DNA from: Vitreimonas sp.
GTDB taxonomy: Bacteria; Patescibacteriota; Microgenomatia; UBA1400; PJMF01
Assembly (NCBI GenBank): GCA_035627515.1
Contig: DASPLQ010000012.1
Span: forward strand, 199,269 to 263,268
Direction of reading: 5' to 3'
Length of the DNA: 64,000 bases
A program made the position numbers and the translations under genes. Under the pieces are notes generated by a model. That model had not been told where the DNA came from and ran no database searches. It was given only the letters and a program-made list of their open reading frames with translations. Below are positions 38,958 through 47,972 of this stretch, piece by piece (the first letter of the stretch is position 1; each line of letters starts with the position of its first letter).

Positions 38958-38977
38958 TTGTCCACAAATGTGGACAA
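38958..38977. promoter_or_regulatory. Perfect 9-bp inverted repeat TTGTCCACA-AA-TGTGGACAA, 8 nt upstream of the TrmB-like gene start (putative auto-operator)
   Basis: Palindrome read directly from the sequence. It sits between a TATAAT box (38925-38930) and the ATG at 38985. Confidence 0.5.
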
Positions 38978-38984
38978 AAAAAAT

Positions 38985-39788
38985 ATGACTGTTTCAGAAT
39001 TGTTGTCATTATTCGATTTAACTCCTAAACACCAGGTAGTCTATTTAGAATTATTAAAAACTAATTGGATTACTGTCCTTGAGCTTTCAAGAAAGCTCAA
39101 CATTAAGCGCACATCTCTCTACCGCCTGATTGAAGAGCTACTTAGTAAAGGCATAGTTGAAAAACAGCTTGATGATAAAACCACTTTCTACCGAGCTGCT
39201 GACCCACAAAGTTTAGATCAAATGATTGATGAGCAGCGCCAAAAACTAGCAGTAATGCAGCAAGGGCTTGAGTTACTGACTCCACAATTGCAGTTGTTGC
39301 GTAACCAAACTAATAACTCAACCTCTGTCCGCTTCTACCGAGGCTTACACGGACTTAAGACCTTGGAGTGGAAAATGGTAGAAGAAGCAAACATTGAAAT
39401 GCTCGTCTTTGGAACGGGTGAATGGGATTTATTAGTCGGCCACGAATTTGCCGAAAAAATTAGAACTGAGCGGGTGAATCAAAACATTCACATTAGAGAA
39501 CTACTCAACCCTGACAAATTTACCCTGATTAATGATCAAGGGCAAGCTGATTGGACAAATAATCGTGAATTAATCCTTAATCACTATTTACATCGTCAAA
39601 TTGATCCCAGTATTTTTCATATTACAAATGAAATCTTAATCTTCCCTCAACGTCTTATTTTACTTAGTTTAGGTGAAGATGAACCGATCGGTATCGAGCT
39701 GAGTAGCCCTCACCTCTCACAAATGATGCGACAGTTATTTGAAGTAGTGTGGCTGCAAGGTGTGGTGAGAGATAAGTTTGGATCCTAA
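38985..39788 (+). CDS. TrmB-family winged-helix transcriptional regulator
   Basis: N-terminal wHTH VYLELLKTNWITVLELSRKLNIKRTSLYRLIEELLSKGIV plus a C-terminal domain of TrmB size. The track ORF starts at 38838 inside the upstream gene. Confidence 0.55.
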   Translation: MTVSELLSLFDLTPKHQVVYLELLKTNWITVLELSRKLNIKRTSLYRLIEELLSKGIVEKQLDDKTTFYRAADPQSLDQMIDEQRQKLAVMQQGLELLTPQLQLLRNQTNNSTSVRFYRGLHGLKTLEWKMVEEANIEMLVFGTGEWDLLVGHEFAEKIRTERVNQNIHIRELLNPDKFTLINDQGQADWTNNRELILNHYLHRQIDPSIFHITNEILIFPQRLILLSLGEDEPIGIELSSPHLSQMMRQLFEVVWLQGVVRDKFGS

Positions 39789-39896
39789 AATTCCCAAATA
39801 AATTCTCCAGCATAATCACCTCTTGGAGTCTGGCAAAAAATAAGTGTATAGTTCACGCATCACAGTTTTTTTCTTTACTTTAGATTTGCTTTTTTT

Positions 39897-40541
39897 ATGC
39901 TCACCATCGAAACCCTTCCCCTTGGCGAACTGAGCACTAACTGCTACTTAGCCTGGTGCCCATCCACACTGACAGCGGTGATTATTGACCCAGCAGATAG
40001 CGGGGATTTTATTACTGAGCGCATTTTGCATCATCAGCTGACGCCCAAGTACATTCTCTTGACTCACGGTCATTTCGATCACGTTCTGGCTGTATTGGAA
40101 TTAAAATTAAATTTTCAGCTTCCCATTTTGATGCACCCGGCTGATAACGCGTTACTTAAAACCGCCCGGCAAAGCACCCAGCACTGGTTGCATCGCGACC
40201 CTGGCCCCGTGCCCCCCGCCGACCAAGCTTTACACGCTGGCCAGACGATTGCTATCGGCAAAGAACACCTGACTGTCCTCGAAACTCCCGGCCATACGCC
40301 AGGAAGCGTCAGTTTTTATAATCAAGAAGTAATATTTAGTGGTGACACGTTGTTTGCCACAGGAGTAGGTCGGACAGATTTTAAGTATTCAGATGAGGAG
40401 AAGCTTCACCATTCCTTAACTAAACTTTTAGACCTGCCTCCCACTTTGACGCTCTTACCTGGTCATGGCGAGGCGTGTCGACTGCAAGACTGCGACTGGG
40501 CACGAGAACACAGTACTTCCTCGGTCACCGATTATCAGTAA
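39897..40541 (+). CDS. MBL-fold metallo-hydrolase
   Basis: HxHxDH motif LLTHGHFDHV and later His/Asp ligands (TPGHTPGS, GHG). Confidence 0.7.
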   Translation: MLTIETLPLGELSTNCYLAWCPSTLTAVIIDPADSGDFITERILHHQLTPKYILLTHGHFDHVLAVLELKLNFQLPILMHPADNALLKTARQSTQHWLHRDPGPVPPADQALHAGQTIAIGKEHLTVLETPGHTPGSVSFYNQEVIFSGDTLFATGVGRTDFKYSDEEKLHHSLTKLLDLPPTLTLLPGHGEACRLQDCDWAREHSTSSVTDYQ

Positions 40542-40545
40542 AGTC

Positions 40546-41928
40546 TTACCAGGTAAAATCTCGCACCGTAATGCCTACAAAAAAGGCAAAGAAGCCAAAC
40601 GCCACTATCATCACTACTTTCCGCCACACAGCAGGTTGAGTGAAAACCGGCAAAAAGCGAGTGTTTAAAAGATACACCAATGGGAAGGCGACTAACATCG
40701 CCCCTGCATTGAGAGCGGCAGCAAGAGTTAGCACAAAGCGCGGCTCTTCAAAACCCGAAAATAGTAATCCAATCCCAAAAACAATTTGTGCCCAAAGAGC
40801 TAGATAAAAGGCCATCGATAAGTTAAACTTTCTCCCCTTTTTATAAAAAAGCAACAAAATATTTTCCGAAATGATCCGTGAGGAAGCTTCCAACACAATC
40901 ACCTGCGTGGAGAATAACATTAAGGCTGTTGCCATCAAAAAGAGGGTGCCTAAAAAGGGTCGGGTCTGGGCTTGAATCGCGGAAGCTTCGTAATACAAAA
41001 ATGCCAAACCGCTGCCCACTTCTTGTCCATACACTAAGCTGTATGACAGCACTGCCAACATCATGATCGTAATAAAACCGGTCATCCAAAAGACCAGCGC
41101 ATGTTCAGTGGAAACCAACCACCACCATTGGGCCCACAGTTTTTTATTGCTTGGCGTCAAACTAAAGAGTTCACCCTCTAGCTTTACGGTATGATTCCCC
41201 CCTGCCAGGAGTGAGGTGATTTTAGAAGCATACGCTCCCATCCCAAAACCCTTTTCTTTAATGTAATGTGATTGAGCGAGATTTAAATTACCACCTCCTC
41301 CTGAATAGGCAAACGCTCCTAAAAAGCTGGTCAAAACCAAATTACCTGGCATCCACCACCAGCCTTCTCCCCTGCCCAAAACACCCCATGTAGCAGCGTG
41401 CCAATCGCTACTGTCAGTGAAGTACAACACTAAACCCAAAATAAAGGGAATCGAGATAAAAACTATGGCTTTTTCAAACCGCTCCATAGTTTTATATAAA
41501 GTCTTGCCTGCAGTCAGCACTAAGCCGGTCAGCACTAATAAGGCCACCGTGATCACAGAGGTAGATAAACCGGGCAATAAATGGTTAATAATGTCGGCTG
41601 AAGCTGAAGAAAAACCCGGCAAAGACCAAGGCACAAAGGTAGAGATAATGAACCACAGCGGCAGCCAGCTGCTTAACTTTCGGAAACCCACAAAGATGCT
41701 CTCCCCCCAAGCCAAGCTATACCGCATAACTTCGGTATTGAGCACATACTGAAAACTAATGCCGAGTAACGCCCCCCACAACAAACCTAATCCGTAATGT
41801 GCTGTGAGGTACGGCCACATAATTAACTCACCGCTTCCCAAGGCTAAACCAAGCAAAATAAAGGACGGACCTAACGTTTTAAAGAGGCTCGGCGGAGTAG
41901 GTAAAATGTGAGACTTGTGCTCTGACAT
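40546..41928 (-). CDS. Polytopic transporter, divergent NRAMP-like
   Basis: About 11 TM helices. The N-terminal region (GPSFILLGLALGSGELIMWP...GLLWGALLG) loosely parallels the NRAMP DPGN/TM1 region. Confidence 0.35.
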   Translation of the reverse strand: MSEHKSHILPTPPSLFKTLGPSFILLGLALGSGELIMWPYLTAHYGLGLLWGALLGISFQYVLNTEVMRYSLAWGESIFVGFRKLSSWLPLWFIISTFVPWSLPGFSSASADIINHLLPGLSTSVITVALLVLTGLVLTAGKTLYKTMERFEKAIVFISIPFILGLVLYFTDSSDWHAATWGVLGRGEGWWWMPGNLVLTSFLGAFAYSGGGGNLNLAQSHYIKEKGFGMGAYASKITSLLAGGNHTVKLEGELFSLTPSNKKLWAQWWWLVSTEHALVFWMTGFITIMMLAVLSYSLVYGQEVGSGLAFLYYEASAIQAQTRPFLGTLFLMATALMLFSTQVIVLEASSRIISENILLLFYKKGRKFNLSMAFYLALWAQIVFGIGLLFSGFEEPRFVLTLAAALNAGAMLVAFPLVYLLNTRFLPVFTQPAVWRKVVMIVAFGFFAFFVGITVRDFTW

Positions 41929-42091
41929 GGGCAGGATAGTGAGGTACTTTATTACTTAGTTACGCATTTACTCGTGCGCTTACAATTAATAATACGCAAG
42001 ATTTTGGTGTCCGCCAATCACTAGTCTTGTCTATTGAGAAAATTTAATCTTTTTTTAATGTTTCTTTGTCATAACTAATAAAGGCCAAGAT

Positions 42092-42769
42092 ATGCGAATG
42101 TTGATAGTTGAAGATGATCAAGCCATCGTCACCCCACTACTGGAAGCTCTTAAACCACAAAATGTGATGGATATTGTGGGTACAGCTCGTGATGGGCTGT
42201 ATCAAGCCGAGATCAATGAATATGACGTGATCGTTCTCGACTTAGGCCTACCTGACATGGATGGGATTGACCTGTGTCGGAAATTACGTAGCAACGGTTT
42301 ACAAACTCCAATCTTGATTCTTACTGGCCGAGCAGAAATTAGCGACCGTGTCATTTCTCTTGATTCTGGTGCTGACGATTTTTTGGCTAAACCTTTTAAC
42401 ATATCTGAGCTCAAGGCTCGCTTGCGGGCTCTGGGCCGCCGAGCACATCGCACCCTCTCCCCTAACCTGCTCATCAAAGGCGAACTGCAGCTCGACCTCA
42501 GCTCGGGTCAGGTCTATCACCACCAGAAACCTATTACCCTGCGGCGAAAAGAATTATTACTTTTAGAGTATTTTATGCGTCACGCGGGCAAAATAGTGAC
42601 ACGTGAGATGCTGTTTGAACATGTCTGGGGCGGTAACTCTGAGGCTTCCACTAACACCATCGATGTCCATATTAAATTACTCCGTGATAAAGTCGATAAA
42701 CCTTTTAACACTCACTATATTAAAACCGTCCACGGCTGGGGATATAAATTTGATTCTGAGCCATTATGA
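42092..42769 (+). CDS. OmpR-family response regulator
   Basis: REC domain (LIVEDD...DLGLPDMDG) plus a winged-helix output domain (TIDVHIKLLRDKVD...VHGWGYKF). Confidence 0.85.
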   Translation: MRMLIVEDDQAIVTPLLEALKPQNVMDIVGTARDGLYQAEINEYDVIVLDLGLPDMDGIDLCRKLRSNGLQTPILILTGRAEISDRVISLDSGADDFLAKPFNISELKARLRALGRRAHRTLSPNLLIKGELQLDLSSGQVYHHQKPITLRRKELLLLEYFMRHAGKIVTREMLFEHVWGGNSEASTNTIDVHIKLLRDKVDKPFNTHYIKTVHGWGYKFDSEPL

Positions 42770-42796
42770 AGTAATGATTAGAAAGGAGGTGAAAAT

Positions 42797-42910
42797 ATGA
42801 AAGATCTGCTCAAAAAAATGTTGACCGATAAGAGCTTGCGTAATCGTCGTACACTGACGGTGTTAACAGCTCCTTTGGCCGTAGCGTTATTCTCTCCTTG
42901 GGGGAGTTAA
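42797..42910 (+). CDS. 37-aa small protein between the response-regulator and kinase genes
   Basis: AAGGAGGTG 6 nt upstream of the ATG. Sequence is MKDLLKKMLTDKSLRNRRTLTVLTAPLAVALFSPWGS with a hydrophobic C-terminus. It is absent from the ORF track because of the size cutoff. Confidence 0.4.
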   Translation: MKDLLKKMLTDKSLRNRRTLTVLTAPLAVALFSPWGS

Positions 42911-42997
42911 ACAGCCTCGTTTGAAGCCATTATCAATCAAGCGAATGTATTTCGTGTGTATTGGTGATGGCTTTTTCGTTATAAGTATAATCAAGGT

Positions 42998-44419
42998 GTG
43001 TCTGCTCGTGTAATCTGGAGATCTCGATTATCTCATCTCTATCAATTTTTGCTCGCACCTCGCTCACCTGACAAAGATGTAGCTCGTCGCGAGTTAATTT
43101 TAAATATTTTGCTGGTCACTTATTGTGTACTCGGCTTGTTAGCCTCTACGATTGTGTTGTTTTTTAGTACGTATCGCGCTGATGATTTCAGTGGCAGTTC
43201 CATTTACGTAGTTGGGTTCATCACTACGCTTTTTTTCTGGATATTAGTCCTCTCTCGCCTCGGTTATTTAAAAATTGCTGGCCATATTTTTATGTTTCTC
43301 ACCGTGTTGCCGGTTTACTACACTTCCTATCAATGGGGTATGGATGTCCCTCAAGCTTCATTATTGTTTGGCCTCACTATTATTATGGCTGGTGTGCTTT
43401 TTGACGCTCCGAGTGCCATTTTCCTAGCTTTGATTCATGCGTCTTATTTAATTCCTCTCAGTTACTTACAAGGCAACAACTTAGCTCCTTATGACACCAC
43501 CTGGAAATTACACTTACCCACCACAGGTGATGGGATCGTGGTCTCTGCGATGTTGGGAGTAGCAGCCATTATTTCTTGGCTTTCCAATCGTGAAGTTGAG
43601 AAAGCACTTCATAGAGCCCGCACCTCCGAGGCAGAGCTCAAACAAGAACGAGATTTACTAGAAATTAAAGTCAAAGAACGCACCAAGAAACTTCAAGAAA
43701 CACAACAAGCCCAGATGCAACAGTTTTACCAATTTGCCGAGCTGGGTCGGCTGGCTTCGGGGTTGTTCCATGACTTAGCAAACCCTTTGACCGCGGCTAG
43801 TTTAGAGCTGGAAAGCTTGGCGCCACCCGTAAATCAGCACCGTCGTAGTAAGTACGAAAAAGCCTTGCAACGTGCCAGTGAAAGTTTACAACGGATGGAG
43901 AACTTTATCGTGGCCGCCAAAAAACAAATTCAAAAACAGGAGATCACCGTGGCGTTTTCGCCGATACAGGAAATACAGCAAGTCTTGAGTATTCTCAAAC
44001 ACAAGGCACATAAGAATCAAATTGAGATCACGATTGTCGCTGAACAAGCACCTAAGCTACGAGGTAATCCTATTAAATTTAGCCAAATTATCTCGAATAT
44101 TATTTCTAATGCTTTGGATGCCTATCCGAGTGGCCAAGTTTATTCTCAGCGAGCGATTAACATCACCGTCAAAACCTTATCAACCAAATTGAAAATCACA
44201 ATTACTGACTGGGGAGTTGGGATCAATGCTGCTGATGTGCGACACATTTTTGAGCCACTGTTTACCACTAAGGACCCGAGTTCTGGCACCGGGTTGGGAT
44301 TATCGATGGCTAAAGCCATGATTGAGAAAGATTTTCACGGCAGCATCACTTGTCACACTCAGCCGGGAAAAGGCACCTCATTTGTCCTGTACTTCTCGCT
44401 TAATAGTAATCCTAGGTAG
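42998..44419 (+). CDS. Sensor histidine kinase
   Basis: About 5 N-terminal TM helices, HisKA H-box FHDLANPLTAAS and HATPase_c G-boxes (DWGVGI, GTGLGLSMAK). GTG start. Confidence 0.85.
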   Translation: MSARVIWRSRLSHLYQFLLAPRSPDKDVARRELILNILLVTYCVLGLLASTIVLFFSTYRADDFSGSSIYVVGFITTLFFWILVLSRLGYLKIAGHIFMFLTVLPVYYTSYQWGMDVPQASLLFGLTIIMAGVLFDAPSAIFLALIHASYLIPLSYLQGNNLAPYDTTWKLHLPTTGDGIVVSAMLGVAAIISWLSNREVEKALHRARTSEAELKQERDLLEIKVKERTKKLQETQQAQMQQFYQFAELGRLASGLFHDLANPLTAASLELESLAPPVNQHRRSKYEKALQRASESLQRMENFIVAAKKQIQKQEITVAFSPIQEIQQVLSILKHKAHKNQIEITIVAEQAPKLRGNPIKFSQIISNIISNALDAYPSGQVYSQRAINITVKTLSTKLKITITDWGVGINAADVRHIFEPLFTTKDPSSGTGLGLSMAKAMIEKDFHGSITCHTQPGKGTSFVLYFSLNSNPR

Positions 44420-44484
44420 TTTAGCGGTGACACTAGGCCTACCTGATTTAATTTTTTTTTAATGTTTGTTCGGTAAAGTTAAGT

Positions 44485-46485
44485 GTGTCGCTTCTTTCTT
44501 CTCGGCCATCTACCCAACTCCCTTTAGTAATTGCTGAGGGCCTGGAGTTCATCCAAAAAGAACAACAGCTCGATGGTAGTTTCCTTAGTTGGTCATCTCC
44601 TGTATCCAAAACCTTTACCCCTCAAAAACATTACACAACTACCTTTTTTACGTCCTTAATTCTTGAAGCCTTAACTCATTTCCCTCCCTCGATCACTGCT
44701 CCCTCGTCATTACTCACCATGGGCATTGATTTTGTGTTGTCACAAAAAAGTCCTGATTGGACCTGGAACTATTGGTCACGTCGCAGCCCTGAAGCCGAAA
44801 GCTTACCCTACCCTGATGATCTTGATGATACTTTTGCGGCCTTAAGTGCGCTGCATCGTTTGCAACCTGAACTTTTAACTGGCAAAGTCTTAGCACATGT
44901 CACGATGGTATTGACCCATCTCGAACAGCAGGAAGGTGGGCCTTACATAACCTGGGTAGTTCCCCCCACTAGTCCAGAAACTTGGCGCGACGTCGATTTA
45001 GCCGTCAATGCCAATGTCGCCTACTTTTTGAAGCTCCAGGATATTGTGTTACCCAACTTAACCCAACTATTTGATCAAGCTTTAACCAACAATGAGTATC
45101 ATTCGCGTTATTACCCTCATCAGTACCCACTCTTTTATTTTTTGGGCCGAGTTTACCAAGGTCAGCACTCGGCTCGATTACGAGCAGCTATTGCTAAAGA
45201 AAAAAACGCTCAGGGAACCTGGGGTACACCAGTAAAAACTGCTTTAGCCACCAGTGCTTTATTGGCCTTGGGAGAAGATCCAGATGTGGTGAGATCAGCC
45301 ATCGAGCACCTACTCGATACCCAGCGCCAAGGCGGCTGGGCTGCCGAAGCCTTTTGCCTCGATCCCGCCCATAACGGTGAACAATACGTAGCTGGCTCGA
45401 CCTCACTCAGTACGGCGATGTGTCTGGAAGCCTTAGGTAGATATCTTACCGCTGTGGAAACTCATGAGGCTCATCAAGCTGAGCAAACCTTTAAAAAAAA
45501 GACCCATAAAACATATCAACACATCATGAGCGAGGTGAGCACTCACTTACAGGCACCTGATCGTCAGTTTCAAGATGTCTCCACTCAGTTTTTAGACAAA
45601 ATTATTAACCAAGATACTGATCAACAAATTGCTCTCCTCCCCTATTTTTTTTCTTTGTCATTAGGCCCGCGTGGGCAACAATTACCAACCGCACTGATTA
45701 CTGAGTTAGGAGTCGCCAACGTCTTAGGCTGGATGGCCTACACTATTTATGATGACTTTCTAGACGAAGAAGGTAAGCCTCACCTCTTGGGAACAGCCAA
45801 TCTCTGCTTGCGCAGTTTGACGCACATTTTTCTGAATGTCTTACCAGCTGAAGCTGGTTTTGCCGCTTTCTTCCACCAGGTAATGAATCAAATTGACGCG
45901 GCTAACACCTGGGAGGTTACTACCACCCGGCTCAGTAAAAAAGGCCGCTGGTACCAGGTTTCTGCCCGGACTGTTCCTACGTATACCCGCCTCAATCGCC
46001 TTGCTGAGCGTTCTCTTGGCCACGCGCTTGGGCCAGTGGCATTATTAATGAAACTCGGCCACACTCCAGACTCACCAATGGTGGTAGCTTGGCTGAAATT
46101 TGCTCATCATTACTTAATTGCTCGTCAGTTGGATGATGACGCGCATGATTGGCGTGAAGATTTGCAACGGGGGCACGTCAACGCCGTGGGAAGCTTAACT
46201 CTAAAAAAATATTTTAAGACTAGGAAACACGCTGTTTCCCACTTAGCGCTCACAAACCAGAAACTTACTACTTTAGAACGCTTGTTTTGGATGGAAGTCA
46301 TTCCTGATGTGTGTAAACTCATTTCGTCACATTTAGACCAAGCTCATCATGCCTTGGAAGGGCTAAGTATTATCGAAAACCGGTCGCTGTTTGAAAAATT
46401 ATTACTGAAAATTTCTAAATCAAGTGAACAAGCCTTACGAGACCGTCAAAAAACCCTCGATTTTGTGGCCACCTACCAAACATAA
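44485..46485 (+). CDS. Terpene-cyclase-like protein with a class II (DxDDT, QW) N-terminal half and a class I (DDxxD) C-terminal half
   Basis: YPDDLDDTFAALSAL parallels the squalene-hopene / copalyl-diphosphate cyclase YPDVDDTAVV motif, and QRQGGW is a QW motif. It also has YTIYDDFLDEEGK (DDxxD) and, about 130 aa later, LDDDAHDWRE (a partial NSE/DTE match). GTG start. Confidence 0.5.
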   Translation: MSLLSSRPSTQLPLVIAEGLEFIQKEQQLDGSFLSWSSPVSKTFTPQKHYTTTFFTSLILEALTHFPPSITAPSSLLTMGIDFVLSQKSPDWTWNYWSRRSPEAESLPYPDDLDDTFAALSALHRLQPELLTGKVLAHVTMVLTHLEQQEGGPYITWVVPPTSPETWRDVDLAVNANVAYFLKLQDIVLPNLTQLFDQALTNNEYHSRYYPHQYPLFYFLGRVYQGQHSARLRAAIAKEKNAQGTWGTPVKTALATSALLALGEDPDVVRSAIEHLLDTQRQGGWAAEAFCLDPAHNGEQYVAGSTSLSTAMCLEALGRYLTAVETHEAHQAEQTFKKKTHKTYQHIMSEVSTHLQAPDRQFQDVSTQFLDKIINQDTDQQIALLPYFFSLSLGPRGQQLPTALITELGVANVLGWMAYTIYDDFLDEEGKPHLLGTANLCLRSLTHIFLNVLPAEAGFAAFFHQVMNQIDAANTWEVTTTRLSKKGRWYQVSARTVPTYTRLNRLAERSLGHALGPVALLMKLGHTPDSPMVVAWLKFAHHYLIARQLDDDAHDWREDLQRGHVNAVGSLTLKKYFKTRKHAVSHLALTNQKLTTLERLFWMEVIPDVCKLISSHLDQAHHALEGLSIIENRSLFEKLLLKISKSSEQALRDRQKTLDFVATYQT

Positions 46486-46540
46486 ACTAGCAACCGTCAC
46501 CATAATTAAGCTACAATAGAGGTACAAAAGGAGTTTTATT

Positions 46541-47308
46541 ATGAAAACTATGTTGCTGACTGCAGCCCAAGTAGCGGCCATTGTGATCGTGTCTGCCGCT
46601 GGAATTATTTTAGTCACCCGCGTTATAGGTGGCCCTTCCTTATCAATTAATCAAATTTCGACAAATAAACAATCGACATTTGATGTCCAAGGTGAATCAA
46701 AAGTTATCACGGTCCCTGATCAAGCTGAAGTTCAAATGGGTATCTCTGTTAATGAAGCCACAGTAAAAGTTGCTCAAGACAGAGCTAATACTATCATTAA
46801 TGACATCAATACCAAATTAGGTGAGTTAGGGATTGAAAAAAAGAACATCAAAACCGAGAACTACTCGCTTTATCCTAACTACGATTACTCCTCAGGATCT
46901 GGTCAACGCATCACTAGTTACACCGTCAACACTAATTTAGTGGTGACCATGAGTGACTTTGCTAAATTAAACCAAGCTATTGACCTGGCCACCCAGGCTG
47001 GCGCTAACCAAATTGGCAGTATTTCTTTCACGCTCTCTGACGACAAACGGGCTAAAGTGGAAGAAGAAGCTCGCCAAGAAGCAATCAGTAATGCTAAAGA
47101 CAAGGCTAGCGATTTAGCTTCCTTAGCTGGCATGCGCTTAGGAAAGATTGTTAATGTCATGGAAACTCCTCAAAATCGTTTTCCAGACTACCCTACGCCC
47201 ATGATGATGGCTGAAGGTAAAGGCGCTGGCGGTGGTTCACCCACAAATGTCGAGCCTGGCTCCACTACCTACACGTACACCGTGACTTTGAGTTACGAGA
47301 CCTTGTAA
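46541..47308 (+). CDS. SIMPL-domain (DUF541 / YggE-like) protein
   Basis: N-terminal anchor followed by the typical SIMPL pattern (VITVPDQAEVQMGISV...RANTIINDINTKL...NYSLYPNYDY...); AAAGGAG RBS. Confidence 0.65.
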   Translation: MKTMLLTAAQVAAIVIVSAAGIILVTRVIGGPSLSINQISTNKQSTFDVQGESKVITVPDQAEVQMGISVNEATVKVAQDRANTIINDINTKLGELGIEKKNIKTENYSLYPNYDYSSGSGQRITSYTVNTNLVVTMSDFAKLNQAIDLATQAGANQIGSISFTLSDDKRAKVEEEARQEAISNAKDKASDLASLAGMRLGKIVNVMETPQNRFPDYPTPMMMAEGKGAGGGSPTNVEPGSTTYTYTVTLSYETL

Positions 47309-47717
47309 GGTAGGTTTTTAAGCGTACATTTTAAACCCCTTTTAATTTCTCGCCCGCTGGAGGATTGGAAGGGGTGCAGCTTTCATACAGTAATTGTGCC
47401 ACAGAAAAAGTGATGCTTTGTTCAGCTGTGTGTCAGCAAGAGGGTCTTTTGTTGAGCGTATGTTTTTTTGCTTGTATGAATATTGGCAAAAATCATACAC
47501 AGGATAAATTTTTCGCCCGATTACAAGAAACCTTCTTAGTGGGTACCTACCTTCATAAACCTGTTTTTTATTCATTGTGCGGATATTAACAAAAACCGCA
47601 CAACCTTCAGAAAGTTCACTTTTGAGCCAACACTATCAAACAAAAAAATAAGACCCTTTTTTCGCGCCAGTTAATGAATTTTCTTAAAGGGCTTTCAGCT
47701 ATCCCACTGTCTTAGCC

Positions 47718-47807
47718 CTTACTGCAGAAGTTCCCCTGGTGACACGTCATCACAGTCAAAACGTACATTTCGTACACAATGTACACAGTCCAGGCGAACT
47801 TTTGCAG
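47718..47807. repeat. Copy B of the ~85-bp structured intergenic element (18-bp imperfect inverted repeat enclosing three GTACA repeats at 9-bp spacing)
   Basis: Arms CTGCAGAAGTTCCCCTGG (47722-47739) and CCAGGCGAACTTTTGCAG (47790-47807) pair at 16 of 18 positions. The loop contains CAAAACGTACATTTCGTACACAATGTACAC. Confidence 0.7.
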
Positions 47808-47972
47808 CAGGTTTAGCGACCATCACTCTCTCCAAGCACCTTCAGTCACGCGCCCTCAAAAATCATGGTGCTACTTCGTGTCCATTTTGAGCACCTTTTA
47901 GGCGCCATTTGTGACATATGAAAATTTATACTGCGAGAAGAAGTACCCCTCACTCATCTGCTAAAATAACTC

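Noticed and set aside
44420-44470. Possible terminator after the histidine kinase gene (AGGCCT-containing segment followed by T9)
   Set aside because: The T-run is present but no convincing stem could be drawn. The sequence also overlaps the shared T-rich motif, so it is more likely promoter/operator DNA for the next gene.
12151-47807. The two ~85-bp element copies as attL/attR of a ~35.6-kb integrated element
   Set aside because: The interval between them contains core genes (thyA, nadDE, topA, dprA, mreBCD-mrdA, def, fmt, rpmB) and no integrase, transposase or phage genes. The copies are about 80% identical rather than exact, so a regulatory or RNA element is more plausible.
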